In this document: one piece after another, positions 1-8,506 of the stretch
How the letters are laid out: each line of letters opens with the position of its first letter
Position numbering within the stretch: position 1 is the first letter of the stretch
NCBI GenBank assembly: GCA_964616915.1
Contig: CAZTSL010000019.1
Span: 1-38,184, forward strand
Length of the DNA: 38,184 nucleotides
Direction: 5' to 3'
Source: an uncultured bacterium
Lineage (GTDB): Bacteria > Myxococcota_A > CAZTSL01
Notes under the pieces: model-generated
Database searches by the model: none
The model's input: the letters and a program-made list of their open reading frames with translations, nothing else
What the model was told of the DNA's origin: nothing
Made by a program: the position numbers and the translations under genes

Positions 1-414
1 CCGGAGCAGTCTGGTCTCACTGCTTGCTTTCCCTGCTGCTTCGCTCCAGGACGCATCAAGATAGCCTTCCTCCGTTCGATTGTCAAGATGCACCCCAGGG
101 CAATCCAGGGCAATCCAGGATCGATCCATGAAAGACACACGACGCCTCTCCCCTCACGCTTCTCTCCCATCCCATTCTCCCTGCCGCGACGGAGAGGAAA
201 AGTTTCTGGTGGGTTTCATGGATCGATCCGACGAGACCGTTGCGCTGCGGTGCTCCTTGTGGTAAAATCATACCCCGTAGGATCATCGGCCCGGCGTCAC
301 GATTCCTCCCGCATGGATGCGCGGTGCCGTCTTGCCTGTGCTATGGATGTCACGACCTCCCACGACTCGGTTCATCCCAGCGAGAGAAACGGATTTCCGT
401 TTCGGAGTAGCTCC

Positions 415-2151
415 ATGGAAAAGAACGAGAGACGTGCGTCGTTGCTCGATTTGCAGCGGCACTTCAAGGAAGGGCTCAACTGCATGGAAGAGGGCCGGTA
501 CCGGGAAGCGCTCGAACATTGGGACGAGATCCTTCGACTCGATCCCGCCGGTGCGTCGAGCTATCCCCAACGGGCAAGGGTGCTTCGCAAGGTGGCCCGC
601 ACGAAGCTCAACTGGACGGAGGGAACGAGCCGAAGCACCACGGAACGCAAGCGCACCGATCCCTCCCGATCGCTCTCGGGAAGATCGGCGGAATCGCAGA
701 GCGCGGGAAGATCACAGAGAGCGGAGAGACCGGCAGGGAAAGCCCGTCTCCTCCTCGTGGAGGATTCGGTGGAGATGCGCCGTTCCCTCCGCCGGATGCT
801 CGTTTCGGCGGGGTATGAAGTCGTCGAGGCGGACAACGGGATCGAGGCCCTCTCCGCGATCGAGAGAGACCCCCCGGACCTGATCGTCACCGACATCCAG
901 ATGCCGGAGATGGATGGCTGGGAGCTGGCCTGGCGGCTCAAACGCTCGAAACGTACCGCGAAGATCCCCTTCATCTTCCTCACCTGCCGCGGGGAAGCCG
1001 ACGACCGGATCCGCGGCCTCGAGTCGGGAGCGGACGACTACATCGCCAAACCCTTCCAGTTCGAGGAACTCGAGATCCGGATCCAGAACATCCTGAAACG
1101 GACGGGAAGCCAGAGGGACCTCCCGGTTCATTTCGCCCCCCCGGAGATCTCCGACCTCCCTGCCGGCACCCTGATCGCGAACCGCTACGAGGTGGAGACG
1201 AAGCTCGGCGAAGGGGGGATGGCGGTCGTCTATCGCGTACGGGACCTCGAACTCTTCGAAGAGACGCTGGCGATCAAGATCCTCCACCTCGATACGCACC
1301 GGGCGCAACGGATGGAAGAAGCCGTCAACCGCTTCAAACGGGAGATCATGCTCGCCCGTCAGATCCTCCACCCCAACGTCATCCGGATCTTCGACTATGG
1401 GAACTTCGAGAATCACCCCTTCATCTCGATGGAGTACATCGAAGGGGAGTCACTTCGGGATCTCTTGGCGCGGGAGGGAACCCTCCCCCTCCAGGCAGCG
1501 CTTCGGATGACGAAAGAGATCTGTGACGCCCTCGGCGCGGTTCATGGCATCGGCGTCATCCACCGCGACGTGAAACCGCAGAACATCCTGATCTCGAAGG
1601 AAGGGGTACCCAAGCTCGTGGACTTCGGGATCTCGAAGCTGGTCGACTCGGCCACGCTCGACATCACGAAGGGGCGGGTGGGCCTGGGCACCCCGAACTA
1701 CATGGCGCCCGAACAGGTCCTCCACCGCCCCATCGATGCGCGAACCGACATCTACGCGCTCGGGGTCACCCTCTTCAAGATGATCACGGGGCGTTACCCC
1801 TTCGAGGAGCAGGAACTCTTCCTCAAGGGGACGCTGATGGGCCCCCCCCTTGCCCCCTCCTTCTACAACCCCGCCTTCGATGCCGACGTCGATCGGCTCG
1901 TGCTCCAGGCCCTGGAACAGCAGAAGGAACGGCGTTATCCCGACGTTTCGGCCTTCAAGGCGGCGATCGAGACGCTGGAACGAAAACTCGATGGACGATG
2001 GCCGCCGCGAACGGCGCCCTCCCGGCCGGCGGAAGCGGTTCACCCCGCTCCCGATCCCACCCAGGACCTCGACCTCCCGCAAGAAGGTTCGGGGCGCCAT
2101 CCCCTCTCCCGGTTCATGGGGCGATTCCTCAACCCCCTCCGGAAGCATTGA
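415..2151 (+). CDS. Hybrid signalling protein: TPR-like N-terminus + CheY-type receiver (REC) domain + Hanks-type Ser/Thr protein kinase domain
   Basis: ORF 88..2151. The first ATG giving a sensible N-terminus is at 415 (MEKNERR...); alternative ATGs at 313 and 343. TPR-like stretch EGRYREALEHWDEILRLDP. REC motifs RLLLVEDS, DLIVTDIQMPEMDGWEL, KIPFIFLT. Kinase motifs GEGGMAVVY (Gly loop), LAIK, HRDVKPQNIL (catalytic loop), DFGISK, APE. Confidence 0.85.
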   Translation: MEKNERRASLLDLQRHFKEGLNCMEEGRYREALEHWDEILRLDPAGASSYPQRARVLRKVARTKLNWTEGTSRSTTERKRTDPSRSLSGRSAESQSAGRSQRAERPAGKARLLLVEDSVEMRRSLRRMLVSAGYEVVEADNGIEALSAIERDPPDLIVTDIQMPEMDGWELAWRLKRSKRTAKIPFIFLTCRGEADDRIRGLESGADDYIAKPFQFEELEIRIQNILKRTGSQRDLPVHFAPPEISDLPAGTLIANRYEVETKLGEGGMAVVYRVRDLELFEETLAIKILHLDTHRAQRMEEAVNRFKREIMLARQILHPNVIRIFDYGNFENHPFISMEYIEGESLRDLLAREGTLPLQAALRMTKEICDALGAVHGIGVIHRDVKPQNILISKEGVPKLVDFGISKLVDSATLDITKGRVGLGTPNYMAPEQVLHRPIDARTDIYALGVTLFKMITGRYPFEEQELFLKGTLMGPPLAPSFYNPAFDADVDRLVLQALEQQKERRYPDVSAFKAAIETLERKLDGRWPPRTAPSRPAEAVHPAPDPTQDLDLPQEGSGRHPLSRFMGRFLNPLRKH

Positions 2152-2240
2152 TCGACGATCCGCTTCCCGCTGAGGCGCGAGGACTTCCGGAACATTTTCT
2201 CACTGAACCAGCATCCGAAACCGAACACCCCACCCACGTG

Positions 2241-2280
2241 ACCACGAAAACGTTACAACGAAAGGTGAACCACGAAAATG
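2241..2280 (+). promoter_or_regulatory. Two copies of ACCACGAAAA 28 nt apart; the second ends at the ATG of the downstream protease gene. The local sequence is AT-richer than its surroundings and contains further ACGAAA cores.
   Basis: Copies read at 2241-2250 and 2269-2278. ACGAAA also occurs at about 2214 and 2258. An SD-like AAAGGTGA lies at 2260-2267. Confidence 0.25.
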
Positions 2281-3111
2281 GGTATCCTCGATCTCTTCTG
2301 GCTCTTTTTCATGATCTCCGCAATCCAGCCGATCCTGAAGCAACGTTTCCTCGAGGCCTCACGTGCCCGGTTGATCGCACGGATCGAACGACAGCGGAAT
2401 TCCCGGGTGATCCTCCTCGTCCATCGGCAGGAGACGATGAGCTTCCTCGGCTTTCCCCTGATGCGTTTCATCAACATCCACGACTCCGAGGAGGTGATCC
2501 GTGCCATCCAGCTCACCGACCCGCAGGTTCCGCTCGACCTCGTGTTGCACACGCCTGGGGGGCTCGTGCTCGCCTCCCTCCAGATCGCCCGAGCGATCAA
2601 GAAGCATCCGGGAAAGGTGACGGTCTTCGTGCCCCACTACGCGATGTCGGGGGGAACGCTGATCGCGCTCGCCGCCGACGAGATCGTGATGAGTCCCCAT
2701 GCCGTGCTCGGACCGGTCGATCCGCAGCTTGGACAATATCCGGCCGCTTCCCTCATCAAGGTCGCCAAGGAGAAACCGATCTCCGAGATCGATGACCAGA
2801 CGCTCATCCTGGCGGATCAGGGGGAGAAGGCGATCCACCAGCTCTGCGAGAGCGTGAAGGAACTCCTTGCCGGGACGGTGCCGGAGGAGAAGGCCAACGA
2901 ACTGGCCGTTCTCCTCTCCGAAGGACGCTGGACCCATGATTTTCCGATCACGTACGAGACGGCCAGATCGTTCGGACTTCCCGTGAAATGCGCGATGCCG
3001 GAGGAATTCATGCATCTCATGAGCCTCTTCCCCCAGCCGGTTCGCCACGCACAGAGCGTGGAGTATCTCCCCGTTCCTCGCCGGGCGGCCCCGAACACTT
3101 CCCACCGTTGA
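2278..3111 (+). CDS. ClpP-class serine protease of the SDH (serine dehydrogenase proteinase, PF01972-like) family
   Basis: 277 aa ORF with an N-terminal hydrophobic segment. Conserved block LVLHTPGGLVLASLQIARAIKKH...VPHYAMSGGTLIALAADEIVMSPHAVLGPVDPQ is typical of SDH_sah / ClpP-fold peptidases. The 3' end overlaps a convergent gene by 95 nt, so the true stop may be correct or the C-terminal tail may be read-through. Confidence 0.6.
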   Translation: MGILDLFWLFFMISAIQPILKQRFLEASRARLIARIERQRNSRVILLVHRQETMSFLGFPLMRFINIHDSEEVIRAIQLTDPQVPLDLVLHTPGGLVLASLQIARAIKKHPGKVTVFVPHYAMSGGTLIALAADEIVMSPHAVLGPVDPQLGQYPAASLIKVAKEKPISEIDDQTLILADQGEKAIHQLCESVKELLAGTVPEEKANELAVLLSEGRWTHDFPITYETARSFGLPVKCAMPEEFMHLMSLFPQPVRHAQSVEYLPVPRRAAPNTSHR

Positions 3112-3931
3112 GGTCGGAAACCGCGTTCGGAGGCCCTTGCATCCCTTCGAGTCGCCAGGGGTTCTCCAGGACCTCACGTACCACTTTGGCCAGGACTCCC
3201 CCCTGGAACCCGTCGATGAAACGATGATCGATCGTGGCGGTGAGCGTCAGACGGGGTTGAACCACGATCTTTCCCTCTACGACCACGGGACGCTCCGTGA
3301 TCGAGCCGATCAGGACATAGACCGGAACGCGGGCAAAGGGGGTGGGGGGGACGAAACCTTCCTCCAGGCCGAACATCCCCACGCTGGTGATGATGCACGA
3401 TCCGAAGGGGAAGCGCTCCACGCCCAACGCCCGGATCTCCAGGCCAAGCCCGGTGGCGAGGAAGCCGATCCCCGAGATCACCCACCGCAGGAGCCAGGTG
3501 GGGAGCCGCCGGATCAACCCCTTCGACTTCTCGAAATCAGCATCCTTCCCCTTCCGGAGGCGCTCGGCCAACTCCCGCAGTTCCCGCGCGATGTCGGCCA
3601 CGCTCTTGCGGTCTGCATCGCAGATCTTCGCCTTGGCGAGGTTCGCGCCCTCCTCGAGGACGACGAGATAGGAGATATCGACGGTGTCGTAGGGGACGTA
3701 GCGCCCCAGAACGATCCGCCCATTGAGGGAAGGTGCCCGTTTCATCGCCTCTGCGACCGCTTTCCCCACCAGATGCGTGATCGTGACCTTCTCCCCGCTC
3801 CTTTCCCGCAGGAAGTCGAGGTAGGCGAGGGCCTGCGTGGCATCGACGGTGAGCTTTCCGTAGATGTTGCCCTCCCGGGGGGGAGACCAGGTCGCGATCG
3901 CCAGTTTCCTGCGTGTCGTCATCCTTCCCAT
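3017..3931 (-). CDS. Stand-alone 2-oxoacid-dehydrogenase E2-type (CAT-fold, CoA-dependent) acyltransferase catalytic-domain protein
   Basis: 304 aa. N-terminus RRKLAIATW...LTVDATQAL resembles the start of an E2 catalytic domain. The active-site motif DHRFIDG lies near the C-terminus. There is no lipoyl or subunit-binding domain. AAGGAG sits 8 nt upstream of the ATG at 3931. Confidence 0.65.
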   Translation of the reverse strand: MGRMTTRRKLAIATWSPPREGNIYGKLTVDATQALAYLDFLRERSGEKVTITHLVGKAVAEAMKRAPSLNGRIVLGRYVPYDTVDISYLVVLEEGANLAKAKICDADRKSVADIARELRELAERLRKGKDADFEKSKGLIRRLPTWLLRWVISGIGFLATGLGLEIRALGVERFPFGSCIITSVGMFGLEEGFVPPTPFARVPVYVLIGSITERPVVVEGKIVVQPRLTLTATIDHRFIDGFQGGVLAKVVREVLENPWRLEGMQGPPNAVSDLNGGKCSGPPGEERGDTPRSVRGEPAGGRGS

Positions 3932-4018
3932 CGTTCATTCTCCTTCTCGGGTTTCGATCGATCTGTCTCTGGATCGTGGGCACTCCGCCGACAAGTATCC
4001 CGGAAAGAGCGGGTGGGA

Positions 4019-6652
4019 TCAAGTCCTGTGACGCGATCCAGCCTCGCTCCTTCCCCACCGGTCGAGGAGGGGGTGACAGACGAGGGCGACCCAGAGGAAG
4101 GCGAGGAGGATCCCCTCGATCATCACCCCCCCCATCCGGAAGAAGGGGCTGAACCCTCCGAGCATCGTGGCGATGCCGAGGAAGATCCCGGTGAGCGCCT
4201 GAAGTGCGATCCCCCCGGCAAGCCCCCCCTGCCGCCAGTGAAACAGGACGACGAAGTCGATGACGACGAGGCACGGAATGACGCTCTTCACCACGAATGC
4301 GCCAGGGTCGAGCCGTCCCCACGGAAGGAGCACGAGATCGAGAAGTGGGGCGAAGAGGAAGAGGAGCCCGAAAGAGAGGCACGCCAGGAGGAGAGCACGG
4401 CCACGTGAAAAACCGTGGGCGAGGGGAAGGGTGCAAAGGAGGGCGACGAGCGGGAAGATCAAGCGGGCGCTGCGCGCGAAAGCCGCAAGTTTCCCTTCGA
4501 TCCGATCGAGAAAGAGCGGAAACCCCGACAACGTCGCCGTCACCGGGAAGGGGATCCCTGCCACTTCCCCCACGGTGGGCCGGTCGAAGAGGACCTCCAG
4601 GTCGTGGCGCCGGTGAAGGAGACGCTCGATCTCCTCGGCGTTCTCCGAAGCGATTCGCTGGAGGGGGGGGGCGCTGGCAAGACGCCGGCGTAGCGCCGTG
4701 GTCTCCAACGCCGCGACCACCCCCCGCAACCCTTCGAGGAGGATCGGTGCGATCTCCGCTCCCTCTTCCACCGGCGCGAGGGCCGCGTGAACGCCGGCTG
4801 CGATCCGATCGGCCGTGAGGGGTTGGGCCACGATGCGCCGGGCCACCCCGCGGGCCTCATCCTCCGCCAGCGGGATGAGCGTCTCCTCGCCGGTGAGGAA
4901 CGCCACGATCCATTCTTCCACGAAGGCCCGCTCCTTCGCCCCGAGGGGCGCCCCCTCGGCCGCCGAGAGGGTTCGGCCCAGATCGGAGGGGGTATCGGGA
5001 AAGATCTCGTGAAGGTCGCGAGCAAGGTCCTCGAGGATCTGACGCCGGATCGCCCCAGCCCCCGCAGCATCGGGGAGGTTGCGATAGGCAAAGAGGGGGC
5101 GCCCGAAGTGCTGGGCGAGATCCTCGGAGATCGATCGTGCCAGGGGGGCGGAATCCGTCAGCGTGGGATCGAGCCGAATCTGGATCACCGTCTCCGTTCG
5201 GTCTGGATCGACGAGGTTGCCGACCGGCTGACCGGCGAGGAAGACCCAGAGGCTTGCAATCCGCTCCCGGCTCCCCGGAAGATGCTTCTCTCCGGTCATC
5301 GCCATCCCCACCTGCCGGAGCGGTTCGACGATCGAGGTGACGCGCCGCACCCCGGGACGCCGGGAGAGGCGAAGAGAAAAGGCCTCGATTCGCCGCAGGA
5401 GACCGGGATGTCTGAGATCCCCCGTGATCCGGACGGTCAGATAGCGGGACCCTCCATAATACTGGTCGAGGTGACGGAAGCCGCGCCCCACTTCCGAGTC
5501 CTCGCCGAAGATCTTCACCGGATCGAGGGTGGGCGTGAGGGGGGGAGGGGCAAAGATGCAGAGCCCCACCGCCATGACGAGGAGAGCGATTGCGCCCCGC
5601 CACGAGGGGGTGGGAAGGGAGGAGATGCGCACCCCACTCCCCCAGCGGGCGAGGATTCCGACGGTCACCATCCCTGCCCCGCAACCGACCAGCACGAATC
5701 CTACGGAGGGGAGTCTTCCCCACACGAGGATCCCCCAGCCAAGGAGGGTGATCCCCCCCGCTGCGACCGGCAGGAGGTATGGCCACCCCTCCCCCCCCTC
5801 CCGCGGGGGAACGAGAGATGCTACCGCACTCCCCAGGAGGAGGAGGAGGAGGGGGAGGAGTTGGACGAGGTTCGATGCGACCGGTGAGGAGAAGCGGGAA
5901 GAGATGCCCACCGTGCCATACCCCCATACGATCCCGCCGGCGATGGAGAGGAGGGCGAAGAGAAACGCGCCCATGCGTGGGCGATACCCGAAAGCGAGGA
6001 TCCCGAGGGGAAGGAGCATCGCCGGCGCGATCCGCCAGAGCGCTCCGGCGAGGTGGCGCGCAACGAACGCCGTTGCCACGGGCTCCCCGATCAGAAAGGG
6101 CTCAAAATCTCCCTTCTCCCCTTCCACGGCCGCGTGGATCCCTTCCACGACGCGATTGCCGGGCGTCTTGCGGTCGAGTTCGCAGATCAGGAGGGTGCTC
6201 TCCCCTCCCTTGGAGACGAGTTCCCCCGCCAGCAACGGATCGGAGAGGACCCGGCCGCGAAGCGCTCGGAGTCCCGCGGCATCGGAAGGGATCTCTCCGA
6301 GGAGCGCCCGTGCCTCGACGCCGAAGCCCATCTCCCCCGCACTCGACATCTCCGTCACCGCAGCCAGCCCCATCACGCGGCGGACGCCGGCGAGGCGTTC
6401 GAGCCGGCGGTGCAACCTCGTGATCGCCGCCAGACGAGGGAGGGTGAAGATGTCGCCCTCGGGCGCATGGAGGGCGACGATGACGATGTTCGTTCCCCCG
6501 AAGACCCGATCGACCCGCTCCATCTCCTGGCGTAGGGGATCGTTCGGGGGCGCCCATGCGAAGATCCGGGCATCCGTGGTGATCCACCCGGCAAAGCATG
6601 CCATCGACGCAGTGAGCCCGAGGAAACACCATGCCAGATGAATTCGTTTCAT
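4019..6652 (-). CDS. RND-superfamily / MMPL-like integral membrane exporter (putative lipid exporter)
   Basis: Roughly 880 aa and very hydrophobic. Topology by eye: one N-terminal TM, a large soluble loop, a cluster of about 5-6 TMs, a second large soluble loop and a second TM cluster, which is the RND/MMPL pattern. The ATG at 6652 gives MKRIHLAWCFLGL...; the ORF track's longer start at 6688 is a TTG. The gene is tightly downstream of the FAAL gene. Confidence 0.55.
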   Translation of the reverse strand: MKRIHLAWCFLGLTASMACFAGWITTDARIFAWAPPNDPLRQEMERVDRVFGGTNIVIVALHAPEGDIFTLPRLAAITRLHRRLERLAGVRRVMGLAAVTEMSSAGEMGFGVEARALLGEIPSDAAGLRALRGRVLSDPLLAGELVSKGGESTLLICELDRKTPGNRVVEGIHAAVEGEKGDFEPFLIGEPVATAFVARHLAGALWRIAPAMLLPLGILAFGYRPRMGAFLFALLSIAGGIVWGYGTVGISSRFSSPVASNLVQLLPLLLLLLGSAVASLVPPREGGEGWPYLLPVAAGGITLLGWGILVWGRLPSVGFVLVGCGAGMVTVGILARWGSGVRISSLPTPSWRGAIALLVMAVGLCIFAPPPLTPTLDPVKIFGEDSEVGRGFRHLDQYYGGSRYLTVRITGDLRHPGLLRRIEAFSLRLSRRPGVRRVTSIVEPLRQVGMAMTGEKHLPGSRERIASLWVFLAGQPVGNLVDPDRTETVIQIRLDPTLTDSAPLARSISEDLAQHFGRPLFAYRNLPDAAGAGAIRRQILEDLARDLHEIFPDTPSDLGRTLSAAEGAPLGAKERAFVEEWIVAFLTGEETLIPLAEDEARGVARRIVAQPLTADRIAAGVHAALAPVEEGAEIAPILLEGLRGVVAALETTALRRRLASAPPLQRIASENAEEIERLLHRRHDLEVLFDRPTVGEVAGIPFPVTATLSGFPLFLDRIEGKLAAFARSARLIFPLVALLCTLPLAHGFSRGRALLLACLSFGLLFLFAPLLDLVLLPWGRLDPGAFVVKSVIPCLVVIDFVVLFHWRQGGLAGGIALQALTGIFLGIATMLGGFSPFFRMGGVMIEGILLAFLWVALVCHPLLDRWGRSEAGSRHRT

Positions 6653-6695
6653 GGACGATACGATAGAGGAGGGAGGGGGCGTTGTCAATCACTCC

Positions 6696-8360
6696 CTATA
6701 CCTCCTCCGCGCCCCCCCTGTCGGAGGTCGTGGAGATGGGGTAGAGGATATCCTTCCCCTCCTCGAGATGGCCGGCGATGAACCGCTGTTTGAGCGTGAC
6801 GTGTTGAATTTTTCCGTTGGGAGTGAGGGGGATCACGCGGGGCCGCACGAGGTAGACCTTGCTCGGGCGAAAACCGACCCGTTCCTTGATCTTGCTCGTG
6901 ATCTCACGGGCTTTTCGGGCCAGTTCCTCGCGGGAGAGCGTCTCGTCACGGACTTCGGCGAAGAGGAAGACGCGCTCCGCGCCCCCGAAGCGCTCGTCAT
7001 GGACGCCGATCGCAGCGGTGTAGCGAAGCCCCTCCACCTGTTCGGCAGCCTCCTCGAGGTCCTTGGGGGCGATGTTCTGGCCGCCCCGGATGATCATGTG
7101 CTTCTTGCGGCCCACGACGAAGAGACGTCCCTCCTCGTCGAGGTAGCCTAGATCTCCGGTACGCAGAAAGCCGTTGGGGAGGAAGAGCTTCTCGTTCTCT
7201 TCGGGGCGGTTCCAGTATCCCCGGGTATTGGAACCGGCAAGCAGCGTGATTTCGCCGACCTTGCGAGGGGGGAGCGCGTTGCCCTCCTCATCCACGATCT
7301 CGATGCGGGTTCCAGCGATCGGAGGTCCTACGCAGATGAAGCCGTTCTCGTCCTCGATGATGTCCCGGTTGATGTACATCGCCGTGGCGCAGACCGAGGT
7401 CTCGGCGAGGCCGTAGGCGGGCACGAAGATGTTGCCCACGTTGAACTTCTGCTGAAAGGCCCGGATCGTGGCCGCGCGGATCGGCTCCGCGCCGGAGTAG
7501 GCCGCACGGACCGAGGAGAGGTCGAGCCCCTCGGTGTCGTCGATGTTCCGGTTGCAGAGCCGGAAGCCGAAATCGGGGGCGGCGATGAAGTTCCCCTTGT
7601 AGCGCGTCACCGCTTCGAGCCAGGTACGGATGTTCCGCAGGTCGGGGGGGAGCAGGATGAGACGCACCGCGCAGTAGAGCGTGCTCATGACGAACCCGAT
7701 CAAACCCATGTCGTGGTAGAGGGGCAGCCAGCTCACCCCGACATCGTCCGGGGAGAGCTGAACACGCTCCACGATCGCCCGAACGTTGGTCAGGAGGTTC
7801 TTGTGCGAGAGCATCACCCCTTTGGAGGCCCCCGTACTGCCGGAGGTGTACTGGAGAAAGGCGAGATGATCGCCGTCGAGTTCCACGTCCCCGAAATCGT
7901 ACCCTTCCGGGATCTCGACCGATTCCATCTCCGCGACATCGATGACCTGGATACCGGGCACGTCCTCGATCGCGGCCTTGATCGTCTCCCCGAACATCCA
8001 TGTCGTCCCGAAGATCGCGGCGGCCCCCGAGTCCTTCACGATCCCTGCGACGCGTGGCGGCGGAGAGTTCGGGAAGATCGGTGCGGGGATCACCCCGATG
8101 CGCTGGGCGCCGAAGAAGGCGAAGAAGAACTCCTTGCACGTCGGCAGCATGATGACCATCCGGTCACCCTTTTTCAGCCCACGTTGCCGGAAATTCCAGG
8201 CATACTGATCCACCTGCCTTCCCAGTTCGGCAAAGGTGACGCTCTTCTCCTCGTGGTAGAGCGTAAAGTAGATCTTGTCTGGGTTGTGACGTCTGCGAAA
8301 CTCGATCACATCGATCAGGGTCTTCGCATCGCTGAGATACGCAGGGCATGAAGATGACAC
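6696..8360 (-). CDS. Fatty acyl-AMP ligase (FAAL) / long-chain fatty-acid adenylating enzyme of the ANL superfamily
   Basis: 554 aa. AMP-binding core LQYTSGSTGASKGVMLSH, and YGLAETS, GDLGY and RGGQNI motifs. FadD32/FAAL-like N-terminus (DKIYFTLYHEEK...FAELGRQVDQYA). GTG start at 8360 with GGGAGGA 6 nt upstream. Confidence 0.85.
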   Translation of the reverse strand: MSSSCPAYLSDAKTLIDVIEFRRRHNPDKIYFTLYHEEKSVTFAELGRQVDQYAWNFRQRGLKKGDRMVIMLPTCKEFFFAFFGAQRIGVIPAPIFPNSPPPRVAGIVKDSGAAAIFGTTWMFGETIKAAIEDVPGIQVIDVAEMESVEIPEGYDFGDVELDGDHLAFLQYTSGSTGASKGVMLSHKNLLTNVRAIVERVQLSPDDVGVSWLPLYHDMGLIGFVMSTLYCAVRLILLPPDLRNIRTWLEAVTRYKGNFIAAPDFGFRLCNRNIDDTEGLDLSSVRAAYSGAEPIRAATIRAFQQKFNVGNIFVPAYGLAETSVCATAMYINRDIIEDENGFICVGPPIAGTRIEIVDEEGNALPPRKVGEITLLAGSNTRGYWNRPEENEKLFLPNGFLRTGDLGYLDEEGRLFVVGRKKHMIIRGGQNIAPKDLEEAAEQVEGLRYTAAIGVHDERFGGAERVFLFAEVRDETLSREELARKAREITSKIKERVGFRPSKVYLVRPRVIPLTPNGKIQHVTLKQRFIAGHLEEGKDILYPISTTSDRGGAEEV

Positions 8361-8506
8361 GTTGTTCCTCCCACTTTCTGGATATGGTCCACCGGATGGA
8401 AGGCTCCGCGAAGACGCGCGCCTCGGGTCCTGTCACGGGGTAAGGGGAATGAATGAAGGAAGGCGGTGCAGCACGGGGCGTATCATAGGGAATCGAGCAT
8501 GGGATG

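Noticed and set aside
93-114. Tandem GGGCAATCCAG x2 upstream of the REC-kinase gene.
   Set aside because: Only two short copies and no further structure, so it is not distinguishable from chance. It could be a minor regulatory half-site, but there is no support.
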